64,000 bases of DNA from a virus. The notes below the pieces were generated by a model. That model did no database searches. It saw only the letters and a list, made by a program, of their open reading frames with translations, and was not told the origin of the DNA. Both the position numbers and the translations under genes were made by a program. The DNA is taken from positions 64,001 to 128,000 of the IMG/VR virus record IMGVR_UViG_3300009149_000011, one strand, 5' to 3'. Below are positions 9,302 through 17,253 of this stretch, in pieces (the first letter of the stretch is position 1; every line of letters begins with the position of its first letter).

Positions 9302-9881
9302 CAGACAACCCTAAAGACTTCGCATACCTTGGAAGTCTGCAAGACCAATATCCTGGCTTTGTTTTATCATTTTTTTGTTCACAATTATGTCTATCAGCAA
9401 AAGCTTTCTTAGCTTTTGGATCTTTAAGCTTTACCGAGAGATTACCTCCACCATCTTTAGCTCCAAAAGAAACTTTTTTAACATTTCCAGATTTAGGATC
9501 CTTCACATAAACATAAAACTTCTTACTACCACCTCTTTTAGGCTTGTTGAGACTCACTTCTTTACCTTGGTACTCAGCTTCATTGATTTGATTCACATCC
9601 TCATAAATGAAGTCAAGATATACTTGCCCTACTTTTTTAAGCCTAATAGATTCTCCAGAAAATTCTTCAACAAGAACTTGATCATTCTCATTTAAGATGA
9701 CACTGCCCTCTCCATAAAGTTTTTTAGCTTCATTCATTAATGAAAAATGTTTTTCTGATCCATATCTAAAAACATTGTCTCCAAGAGGCATGTTATTATC
9801 GATATGATATTTAAGGTCTTCACTGACCTTAATATCACTCTCCGTAAGAGAAAGCTTTACTCCTATTTCCCAGGTATTCAT
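9282..9881 (-). CDS. phage hypothetical protein (KKFYVYVK..KKVSFG..RHNC..YWSC domain)
   Basis: ORF track; basic C-terminal domain of a type seen in large phages. Confidence 0.7.
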   Translation of the reverse strand: MNTWEIGVKLSLTESDIKVSEDLKYHIDNNMPLGDNVFRYGSEKHFSLMNEAKKLYGEGSVILNENDQVLVEEFSGESIRLKKVGQVYLDFIYEDVNQINEAEYQGKEVSLNKPKRGGSKKFYVYVKDPKSGNVKKVSFGAKDGGGNLSVKLKDPKAKKAFADRHNCEQKNDKTKPGYWSCRLPRYAKSLGLSGGGKWW

Positions 9882-9896
9882 ACCTATAAATAGAAC

Positions 9897-9929
9897 AAAA
9901 AACCCGTAGCCAATTTCTTAGCTACGGGT
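9897..9929 (-). terminator. intrinsic terminator
   Basis: aaaaaacccgtagc...gctacgggt. Confidence 0.7.
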
Positions 9930-10313
9930 CTTAAGCGTTTGTATATGGAAAGAAACGCGTATTAATCACAAGCTCTTATCAAACTTATGAATGAAGTTAA
10001 TGTATTAATAATATAAACTTTATCGCCAGAAAAGTCAACAATAAAAGTTATTTATATCACTTTTTAATAAACAAAACTTTATCACACTTGTATTCTCCGT
10101 CATGAAAATGTATATGAGGCTTGCCAGTTCTATTAATAACCTGTTCCAGCTCCATAATTTTCTATTTTAACACCAATTGTATTTTTTCATCTTTTTCCTT
10201 ATCCAACTCTCTTAGCCAAGAGCTTATGACATCATGAACACAATGTCTCATATCGTCCTCAAAATTGAATTGTATTTTTTAGCCTTTATAACCATGCGCT
10301 CACTTGTTATTTT

Positions 10314-10721
10314 CTACCCTTTTTTAGACTCTATTTCTTTACATGCATTACATTGAGTAGTGCATCCGTATTGAGGTATGTTAGGCCTATGAACTTCATA
10401 GCATTTTATCTTCTCAACCTCTTTTTCTTTTACGCGCTTGCCAGTTAACCCATATATAATATCCTTTATTCTTTCCAGAGTTATACATCCGCCATCGTAA
10501 TCATAATTATGTAACACAATTAAATCGGAAGGCACTACCGAATCTTTAGACTTCTGAGCAATGCATAACATTTCATTTGGCGTAGAAATACACCCTATAG
10601 TTAAATACCTCCCTCTAGGAAGTTGATAATTTAGAGAATTTGTAATGGTTTCGTGAGGTAACTCATGAAAGCCTATGTCAATTAAATCTTGTCTATTCAT
10701 CAATGATATGGAGCCGTGCAT
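10314..10721 (-). CDS. hypothetical protein
   Basis: ORF track. Confidence 0.6.
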   Translation of the reverse strand: MHGSISLMNRQDLIDIGFHELPHETITNSLNYQLPRGRYLTIGCISTPNEMLCIAQKSKDSVVPSDLIVLHNYDYDGGCITLERIKDIIYGLTGKRVKEKEVEKIKCYEVHRPNIPQYGCTTQCNACKEIESKKG

Positions 10722-10951
10722 TCAGTCCTTATGAATGTTTGATCCTCCTTTAAAGTTTTTTCAAATTTAGCTATTACAGCTGGAGTTACACCTAGCCCTT
10801 TATAAACGCATTTCCCGTCAACAAACAAAGCTCTTCCAAATCTTGTTGCTGTATTGTAATCGATATGCCCTTGCAAGTCTTCAGAGTCAACCCCATTCAC
10901 CTTATAGTCTCCACTAGGATATAACCCTACGGTTGTGTGTATTTTACTCAT
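10700..10951 (-). CDS. hypothetical protein
   Basis: ORF track. Confidence 0.6.
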   Translation of the reverse strand: MSKIHTTVGLYPSGDYKVNGVDSEDLQGHIDYNTATRFGRALFVDGKCVYKGLGVTPAVIAKFEKTLKEDQTFIRTECTAPYH

Positions 10952-10954
10952 AAA

Positions 10955-11296
10955 TTATAAATTAGATAAAATTGCCATTTTTTTTACGATCCCTATTTTC
11001 TTACCAGCATCCATGATATCAAATTCACCTTTTTCATTTGGAATTAACATACCTTTGGCTTGAAGAGCTCTTACTTCAAATGCGTATTTAGGTTCATACT
11101 GAAGCATTCTCCCTTTAAACCTTATCATAAGCTCATTATAAGCTAATTCATCTGCCATTTTACTATTTTGAGTATTGATGTATTTTTTATAATAAATCAA
11201 ATTACACAAATGGCTATGATCCATCTCACAAAATTTAACCTTTATCCCGCGAGCGGTTTCAAACTCTAAACTTCTTAATTCTTCAGCTATCTCCAT
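10955..11296 (-). CDS. hypothetical protein
   Basis: ORF track; preceded by GCAAC-N17-CGTTA motif. Confidence 0.6.
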   Translation of the reverse strand: MEIAEELRSLEFETARGIKVKFCEMDHSHLCNLIYYKKYINTQNSKMADELAYNELMIRFKGRMLQYEPKYAFEVRALQAKGMLIPNEKGEFDIMDAGKKIGIVKKMAILSNL

Positions 11297-11340
11297 AATT
11301 AGATAACGAATAAAAACAAAAATTTGTTGCTTTTATTTCT

Positions 11341-12153
11341 TTAAATCTCATCTAAAGGATTACTCAGTCCCAAAAGCCACCTCTTGTATAACTCTGTATT
11401 TTCTTCTTTCCACGCATTGAAAGTTGTTTTATTCCTACCTCTATGCTCTGGGTATAACAACCAGCATTGAGTTGATTGCGTATATTCCTTTGAGTCAATA
11501 TCCATAATTGATAGAGATCCATCATAGGTAGCTCCAGTATCCATGGCCCAGAAGTTTTGCCATTTCTGAGGAGTGTCATATTCTCTACCAAACCCTATGG
11601 TTGGCGTATGCCCTACATATATCTCTTCCCACCTGCCGTCTGATAGCATGCCATTTTCTTTATCTTTATTATTAAAAGCGTGCTTTATCTTGTCTCTAGG
11701 CCATAGGAAATGATAATCGTCAGCAAGATCTAATTTTATAGCTACATGAGGAGGCCCAGCATGAGCAAAGAATTTAGTGTTGTCATCAATTATATGATAA
11801 AGTTTGCCCTCTTCTAGGAATTTTAAATATTTAGGATCTATATCCTCTGGATTCTTACCTAATGATTTAAGAGTAGCCTCCCCACCTTGTTCAAACCATG
11901 CCCCATAAGGGCCTTGTTTCATTTCTTTTTTATAAAACTGAAGACTCCACTCATCGTGATTACCTCTAAGGTTGGTAAATTTTTTAATCTTAAGCAATTC
12001 ATCAATACACTCTTTCACCTCTGGTTAACCATCGCACACGTCCCCTAGCCCAATTAGCTCATCATTATCATAATCAAAACCAACTTTATTAAGAACTTGT
12101 ATTAAAGCTTTATAAGCTCCATGAATGTCTCCTATAACGTATCTTTTAGCCAT
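11341..12153 (-). pseudogene. calcineurin-like Ser/Thr phosphatase (metallophosphoesterase) with in-frame TAA at codon 43
   Basis: MAKRYVIGDIHG...LGDVCDG*PEV...LRGNHDE...HAG...GHTP...DTGA; TAA at 12027-12025; ORF track shows only the part after the stop. Confidence 0.8.
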
Positions 12154-12583
12154 TTTTACCAAAATAATTATTAGCCTTTTGTTTTAATTCTGTAATTTTA
12201 TTGTTAAAAGTATCATCAAGAACTTTTTCCCTAAGATTCAAATATTTTAAAACTATTTCTGAAATATCAATCTTACCTATCTCAATGGATGGTTTTGAAT
12301 TTTGTTTGAATGCATCATGGCCAGAAGGCACAAAGCTGGTCTCACCCCCTAAGTAAACTGTGACATGAAAAAATTTTTTAGAAACTTCTTCAAAAGGCAT
12401 GTCTTCCTTTACTATAAACTGCTTATCATTGCTAATAAAAAAAGCATACAAACCCTTATCAAGCCTTAATTGTACCATACCTTGATATGTGTATACAGAT
12501 ACTTTACCCGTATACAAATCGGTATCATCCACTACAGTTTCTACAGCGTTAACGAGATCTTGTTTTATTTTTTCTAAATCCAT
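12146..12583 (-). CDS. hypothetical protein
   Basis: ORF track. Confidence 0.6.
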   Translation of the reverse strand: MDLEKIKQDLVNAVETVVDDTDLYTGKVSVYTYQGMVQLRLDKGLYAFFISNDKQFIVKEDMPFEEVSKKFFHVTVYLGGETSFVPSGHDAFKQNSKPSIEIGKIDISEIVLKYLNLREKVLDDTFNNKITELKQKANNYFGKNG

Positions 12584-12626
12584 AAATCAATTTAAACAAA
12601 AAAGTGTATAAAAACAAAAAGAGAGC

Positions 12627-12926
12627 TTAAAGCTCTCTTTTTTCAATCCATGCATCACCTGAAGCGATTAATTGGTCAATGTATCCCATTGGCGAATTTC
12701 CTGGCGGCAAGGTTTTGATGTTCTTAAAACCATTTTCTTCTTTGATGATAGAATCATCTGGATGTACTGCGCCAGGATTCTTGCTTCCATATGATCCAGT
12801 AAACTTTTTAGTTATTGGATCATAATCTCCCCACAACTTCTTTTTACCGACATAGGGATCAATCGGTTCTACACAAAAAAGTCTCCCCTCTTTTGTGCGT
12901 ACATAATACCTTCCTGTTACGCTCAT
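12627..12926 (-). CDS. hypothetical protein
   Basis: ORF track. Confidence 0.65.
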   Translation of the reverse strand: MSVTGRYYVRTKEGRLFCVEPIDPYVGKKKLWGDYDPITKKFTGSYGSKNPGAVHPDDSIIKEENGFKNIKTLPPGNSPMGYIDQLIASGDAWIEKREL

Positions 12927-12927
12927 C

Positions 12928-13185
12928 TTATTTATCTTTTTGGTCTTTCAACCAATATTGTTTCTGCTGACGTACATATTTGTTATCTCCGCTGCACATC
13001 CAGCAATTACACGGATTAAGAGTAGTTCTTAAAAATGTACAATCCTTTCCGCTGTACACATCTTTAATATACTGTTCTTTACTTGTTGAGCTATACACCC
13101 AACTAAATTGAGTCCAAATCCTTACTCTCCTTCTGAATTTAGTCTCCGAGATTTTTCTTCTCTTTGCTTTTTTATAATCTTTCAT
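12928..13185 (-). CDS. small basic protein with PCNCWMC (CxCxxC) motif
   Basis: ORF track; Lys/Arg-rich N-terminus. Confidence 0.65.
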   Translation of the reverse strand: MKDYKKAKRRKISETKFRRRVRIWTQFSWVYSSTSKEQYIKDVYSGKDCTFLRTTLNPCNCWMCSGDNKYVRQQKQYWLKDQKDK

Positions 13186-13265
13186 GACTTATCAGGTTAT
13201 GGCCATTATCCCTAAGCTGGGATAACGACTCGTTACCTGAACAAGTCTTTATCTTTATTCTTCAT
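13186..13265 (-). promoter_or_regulatory. uORF (MKNKDKDLFR*) plus long hairpin abutting next start codon
   Basis: GACTT/AAGTC, TCAGGT/ACCTGA and GTCGTTATCCC/GGGATAATGGC pairings. Confidence 0.55.
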
Positions 13266-13270
13266 AAACA

Positions 13271-13969
13271 CTAATTTATAATTCCATATTTTTTTGCCCA
13301 TTTCCTAACAGCATTATCACTAACTCCATACTTTTTACCAACCGCAACAAAAGACGTTTCACCCAACATCTTTCTCAACTCTTTTTCAGTGGGTCTATTT
13401 TTTACTTTTCTATAAAACACTGTTCTCAATTTCTTTGTTTCATTAGAACAGGTTTTACATTTTTTAGCCTTTTTTGTTTTTATGTTTCCACAATCACAAA
13501 AATACTTAATTTTAGTATTTCCCCCTGCGAAAGTTGTAGTCTGACTATGACAATTCGGACATAAGAGACTTAGATTTCCCAACCTATTATCATTATTAAC
13601 GCCATTTTTATGCTCTAACTGCAAAGATATTGGTTTATTATTCCATTCTTTTATACCGCACTCTTCACATCTATACTTCAAAACTCCTTCGTTTACCAAC
13701 CTCCTCTTAAGACTAGATCTATTTTGATATGTTGAATTCGCTATCAAAATATCTTCTAAAGGCATTTTATCAGAAGTACTAAAAGAAAATCTTCCATTTG
13801 TTTTAAACTTTGGAAGATGTACACCTATTCTATCGCAATGAATCCTAAGAGTTTTATAAGCTCCAGACCCATTAGAGTTTACACCAATACTTTCTAGCAT
13901 TTGCCTTATGGACGAATGCTTGGAGATTAGATCTTCTATCTGATCTTTAGTTAAATCTGCAATTTTCAT
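13271..13969 (-). CDS. HNH homing endonuclease
   Basis: CEECG..WNNKPISLQLEHKNGVNNDNRLGNLSLLCPNCHSQT; C-terminal HTH. Confidence 0.88.
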   Translation of the reverse strand: MKIADLTKDQIEDLISKHSSIRQMLESIGVNSNGSGAYKTLRIHCDRIGVHLPKFKTNGRFSFSTSDKMPLEDILIANSTYQNRSSLKRRLVNEGVLKYRCEECGIKEWNNKPISLQLEHKNGVNNDNRLGNLSLLCPNCHSQTTTFAGGNTKIKYFCDCGNIKTKKAKKCKTCSNETKKLRTVFYRKVKNRPTEKELRKMLGETSFVAVGKKYGVSDNAVRKWAKKYGIIN

Positions 13970-14017
13970 TTTTCTCTATAAATAGTGAGAAAAACTCGAA
14001 CCTTGCAAATGGTTTTG

Positions 14018-14092
14018 CACACCCGATAGGACTCGAACCTATAACCTTCGCTTTTGGAGGGCGCTGCTCTGACGCAATTGAGCTACGGATGC
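14018..14092 (-). tRNA. tRNA-Trp(CCA), weak anticodon stem
   Basis: GCGCC CT CCA AA AGCGA; T-arm ATAGG TTCGAGT CCTAT. Confidence 0.8.
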
Positions 14093-14098
14093 ATATTG

Positions 14099-14185
14099 TA
14101 GAGAGTATGGGATTCGAACCCATGTATCGCTTTCGCGATAACACGCTTTCCAAGCGTGCGCCTTAAACCACTCGGCCAACTCTCT
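14099..14185 (-). tRNA. tRNA-Ser(GGA)
   Basis: CACGC TT GGA AA GCGTG, long variable arm. Confidence 0.92.
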
Positions 14186-14190
14186 AAGTA

Positions 14191-14294
14191 AGAGAAGTAA
14201 GGGTAGCGTGTACTTTGCATCCTTACTTTCGATTTCCTTCCGCATGCCAAACGCCCTTTATCAGGAACGAAGACCTCCAGTCACCTATCTCTCT
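14191..14294 (-). ncRNA. candidate structured RNA inside tRNA array
   Basis: ends pair (AGAGA/TCTCT); internal helices GAC/GTC, TTCG-TTCCT/AGGAA-CGAA, AAGTAAGG/CCTTACTT. Confidence 0.4.
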
Positions 14295-14295
14295 G

Positions 14296-14381
14296 CGGAG
14301 AGGGTGGGGTTCGAACCCACGCAGCTTTTACACCCTAACGATTTAGCAAAATGTCCCCTTTAACCACTTGGGTACCTCTCC
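14296..14381 (-). tRNA. tRNA-Ser(GCT), two anticodon-stem mismatches
   Basis: ACATT TT GCT AA ATCGT, long variable arm. Confidence 0.82.
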
Positions 14382-14409
14382 GTAATAAAGCTTTCGCTTT
14401 AAATATTTG

Positions 14410-14483
14410 TGACCCAGAGAGGATTCGAACCTCTAACGATTCGGGTAGAAGCCGAACATTCTATCCAGTTGAATTACTGGGCC
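14410..14483 (-). tRNA. tRNA-Arg(TCT)
   Basis: TTCGG CT TCT AC CCGAA. Confidence 0.92.
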
Positions 14484-14489
14484 ATTTAG

Positions 14490-14563
14490 TACCGATGGAG
14501 GGACTCGAACCCCCGACACTTCCCTGATGAGGGGAACGCTCTACGCAACTGAGCTACATCGGC
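14490..14563 (-). tRNA. tRNA with CAT anticodon (Met or Ile2), atypical C37
   Basis: TTCCC CT CAT CA GGGAA. Confidence 0.8.
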
Positions 14564-14568
14564 AAATA

Positions 14569-14647
14569 AAGAAAGACTGGGATTCGAACCCAGGGACCTC
14601 AGTCACCGCGTTTCGCGCGGCACAATCAACCACTCTGTCACCTTTCT
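14569..14647 (-). tRNA. Ser-type tRNA-like gene with 5-nt anticodon loop (probable Ser(CGA) derivative)
   Basis: CCGCG CGAAA CGCGG; Ser-like acceptor/D arm, short variable hairpin, intact T arm. Confidence 0.65.
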
Positions 14648-14649
14648 AG

Positions 14650-14737
14650 CAGAGGATTTGGGACTCGAACCCAAACGGCTTTTACACCCAACGGTTTTCA
14701 AGACCGCGACCCGTAGACCAACTTGGTTTAACCCTCT
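14650..14737 (-). tRNA. tRNA-Ser(TGA)
   Basis: GCGGT CT TGA AA ACCGT, long variable arm. Confidence 0.92.
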
Positions 14738-14755
14738 GTATTAATTCTTAAGCAT

Positions 14756-14787
14756 AAAAAAACCCCGACCAATTAAGGCCAGGGTTT
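14756..14787 (-). terminator. attenuator terminator directly upstream of tRNA array
   Basis: AAACCCTGGCC TTAATT GGTCGGGG TTTTTTT. Confidence 0.85.
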
Positions 14788-14813
14788 CTGTAAATGTTTT
14801 ATTTCTTATGCTC

Positions 14814-14915
14814 TTAGAAAATAACACATACCCCAGCCGTTGAACTTGATCTACTAGACCAAGATCTCGATCTTGACGATCTTGACATGTTGTTGTATGT
14901 AATTGTTGTTTTCAT
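14814..14915 (-). CDS. attenuator leader peptide (33 aa, Ser/Arg/Trp/Met block)
   Basis: MKTTITYNNMSRSSRSRSWSSRSSSTAGVCVIF*; codons 10-25 all match the anticodons of the downstream tRNAs. Confidence 0.8.
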   Translation of the reverse strand: MKTTITYNNMSRSSRSRSWSSRSSSTAGVCVIF

Positions 14916-14919
14916 TTCG

Positions 14920-14982
14920 TATAAATAGTTAAACTTTTAACAAACTTAATAACTCTAACGTTAAAACGCAAGAAAATGTTAC
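14920..14982 (-). promoter_or_regulatory. stacked promoter motifs for leader/tRNA operon
   Basis: GTAAC-N17-CGTTAG (14982-14955), TTG-N20-TAAGTTTG Bacteroidota-type (14971-14941), CTATTTATA (14928-14920). Confidence 0.6.
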
Positions 14983-15200
14983 TTTTTTTTATTTTTATCT
15001 TTCTTTTTTTTATCAAAAAAGAATGCTACGTGATAAATAATTGTTAATATAGTGGTTATATATAGCCCTGTAGCGCTTCCACTGTAGTAATAGCTTCTTG
15101 AAGAAATAAAATAAGCTCCCAGCATAACTGCAAGTAAAATTATTGACTTTGGCCCCATTGAAGTATAAATGTGCTTATAAAAATCTGATATCTTTTTCAT
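14979..15200 (-). CDS. small membrane protein
   Basis: two TM segments, basic tail. Confidence 0.55.
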   Translation of the reverse strand: MKKISDFYKHIYTSMGPKSIILLAVMLGAYFISSRSYYYSGSATGLYITTILTIIYHVAFFFDKKKKDKNKKK

Positions 15201-15234
15201 AGTCTTTTTATATAAATAGAAAATAATATCGTTT

Positions 15235-16158
15235 TTATGATCCTATAGATTTGGACGCGCCACCTACATATGTTTGTATTCTTCCATATATTTCTTGAAC
15301 TGACGTATTTCTTATGTTGCTCTGAACTACTGAGAAATGATGGTTTGAATGTGGGTGAAACATTAAGTTTAGATGATTGTCCTCCATGTTGTTATAAACG
15401 TCTTCATCCCAAACCGCTTTATCAACAAGTATAGTATCTCCCTCGTTATAGTAATCGTATAGACCTTTTTCTTTAATTACGAAAAGCCAATATAGACAAT
15501 ACTCAGTCCATCTAATTTTTGAATCACCTGCCGAATTAGGGCATAATTTTGACAATTCTTCTACCCAATTTTTATCTTTAAAAACTTTTACGCATAAATG
15601 CTCCATCAACTCCTTAACTAGAGAGGTGTGGAGTATTTGAGGGGTGCAGCCTGGAACTCTCTCCTTGAGATCATAATCTATTTCATACCCCATGATCTCG
15701 GCAGTATTTTCCCACCAGTCTTGATGTGTATGATATGGTATGGTTCCAATTTTCGCCTTCCCATTAACTATTAAATCGCTAAATGAAGTATGTCTTGTTG
15801 CAAACATATCAGCGTCTAGCAGTATATAATGATCAGTTTCTATATGCTCTGATACTTTTAATTTAAGGATTTGCTGTTTAAACCATCCTGAAGAGAAGTT
15901 GATGCTGTTATCAATTAATTGACTGTCAGGTATCAATCTAATGTTTAAGGGGGAGCTTTTAAGCGATTCCATATGTTCCAAGTCGTTGTCTGGACATATA
16001 TATATCACCTCATGCAGAGAGTCTCTATCCACAAACTTTTCAAGAGAAGGGCTAAGCATCATATGAACTCTTGCCAGGTCATTTATCTTGTGCCCTTCCC
16101 AATCTTCTCTACTAGCCCTACTTACAGCTATTACGAATGTAATTTTATTATTCACCAT
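15235..16158 (-). CDS. putative glycosyltransferase (GT-A fold, DUF6492-like)
   Basis: GWFKQQILKL, YILLDADM (DxD), WTEY. Confidence 0.6.
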   Translation of the reverse strand: MVNNKITFVIAVSRASREDWEGHKINDLARVHMMLSPSLEKFVDRDSLHEVIYICPDNDLEHMESLKSSPLNIRLIPDSQLIDNSINFSSGWFKQQILKLKVSEHIETDHYILLDADMFATRHTSFSDLIVNGKAKIGTIPYHTHQDWWENTAEIMGYEIDYDLKERVPGCTPQILHTSLVKELMEHLCVKVFKDKNWVEELSKLCPNSAGDSKIRWTEYCLYWLFVIKEKGLYDYYNEGDTILVDKAVWDEDVYNNMEDNHLNLMFHPHSNHHFSVVQSNIRNTSVQEIYGRIQTYVGGASKSIGS

Positions 16159-16900
16159 CTAACATCCACTCATATTTAGTTCCAGATATCCCTTCAGCTA
16201 CTTCATCGTAGTTTTCTAAAATTTCTCTCAAAGGAAATGGGTTTGTCTTTTTTAAATAAAAACAAGGCTCCTGTTCAGACTCAAGGTTTACAAACTTCAA
16301 AACCTTATCATAAGCTATTCTAGGATCATCTTTAATATCTTCTTCATAAGATATCTTAAGTAAATCATCATCCTTTAGTATTTCGCTCATTTCTAAATAC
16401 CACTCATCCATAGCTGGGAACAACGTGTTAACTATCCAATTTACATCACCTAGATCAATCTTAGTAATGTTATTCACCTCTGTGTTTGAATGCCAGTATC
16501 CATTTTTCTTAGCAACCATAGCTGAAACATATCTTCTTAGGTAATTTTTTCTATCCATAATAATGAATTTATTAATTCCCGCTTTACCTTTAATAGTATC
16601 AATATACTCTCTAGGAGTCATGTTTCTCACCTCATCACTCATATGCACATTACTGTACTTAAATGGCATTGTTTCAAAAAAATAAGCCTTTTTTTTATAT
16701 GCAGTGGATACCTGAATTCTACTTACCAAGTAAGGGAATATAGGCGTATCCATCGGCTTTGTAAATATATCCAAATCATGTTCGACATTACTTGGGTTGT
16801 ATAACTTTATTGTATTATTAATCAAATGGCTCCCACATCTACCTAGATGTAGAACAGCCACTTTTTCAATATCACCACCGCCTAAGTTAACCGTAACCAT
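16148..16900 (-). CDS. sulfotransferase, Stf0-like
   Basis: GRCGSHL (PSB loop), IMDRKNYLRRYVS..A...GYWH, ISYEEDI. Confidence 0.7.
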   Translation of the reverse strand: MVTVNLGGGDIEKVAVLHLGRCGSHLINNTIKLYNPSNVEHDLDIFTKPMDTPIFPYLVSRIQVSTAYKKKAYFFETMPFKYSNVHMSDEVRNMTPREYIDTIKGKAGINKFIIMDRKNYLRRYVSAMVAKKNGYWHSNTEVNNITKIDLGDVNWIVNTLFPAMDEWYLEMSEILKDDDLLKISYEEDIKDDPRIAYDKVLKFVNLESEQEPCFYLKKTNPFPLREILENYDEVAEGISGTKYEWMLDGE

Positions 16901-16901
16901 A

Positions 16902-17249
16902 TTACGATAATAATTTCTTTAAAGAATCTTTATCATCATTGATTGATGATATCATTGCATCAAATTCAGCTAGTTTTTGTTCCCAGAAACCCTCAGATTG
17001 TTCTTCTCCCATTTTATACCAAGTAGTCTCCTTAAATTCTACCCCGTCCATTTCAGTGAAATAGTCATCAAACATATCCCTTGCTTCAAATTGAGCAATA
17101 GGAAATCCCATTCCACCTGGAGTCTCCATAGATTCTGGATAAAACAACCCAGGCTTATCTCCATATTCTATAAACACTTCATCCTTTACAAATAAAGATC
17201 CGATCGTTACAAGATCTTTTTTTAATTGTACCTTTCTTACTTTTCCCAT
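16902..17249 (-). CDS. hypothetical protein
   Basis: ORF track. Confidence 0.6.
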   Translation of the reverse strand: MGKVRKVQLKKDLVTIGSLFVKDEVFIEYGDKPGLFYPESMETPGGMGFPIAQFEARDMFDDYFTEMDGVEFKETTWYKMGEEQSEGFWEQKLAEFDAMISSINDDKDSLKKLLS

Positions 17250-17253
17250 TTTT

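Noticed and set aside
13947-14245. ORF-track CDSs 13947-14153 and 14039-14245
   Set aside because: They overlap tRNA genes; spurious.
14191-14294. Hammerhead ribozyme or SRP RNA
   Set aside because: CTGATAA lacks the conserved G of CUGAnGA, and the GGAA is not closed by the SRP helix-8 stem/loop.
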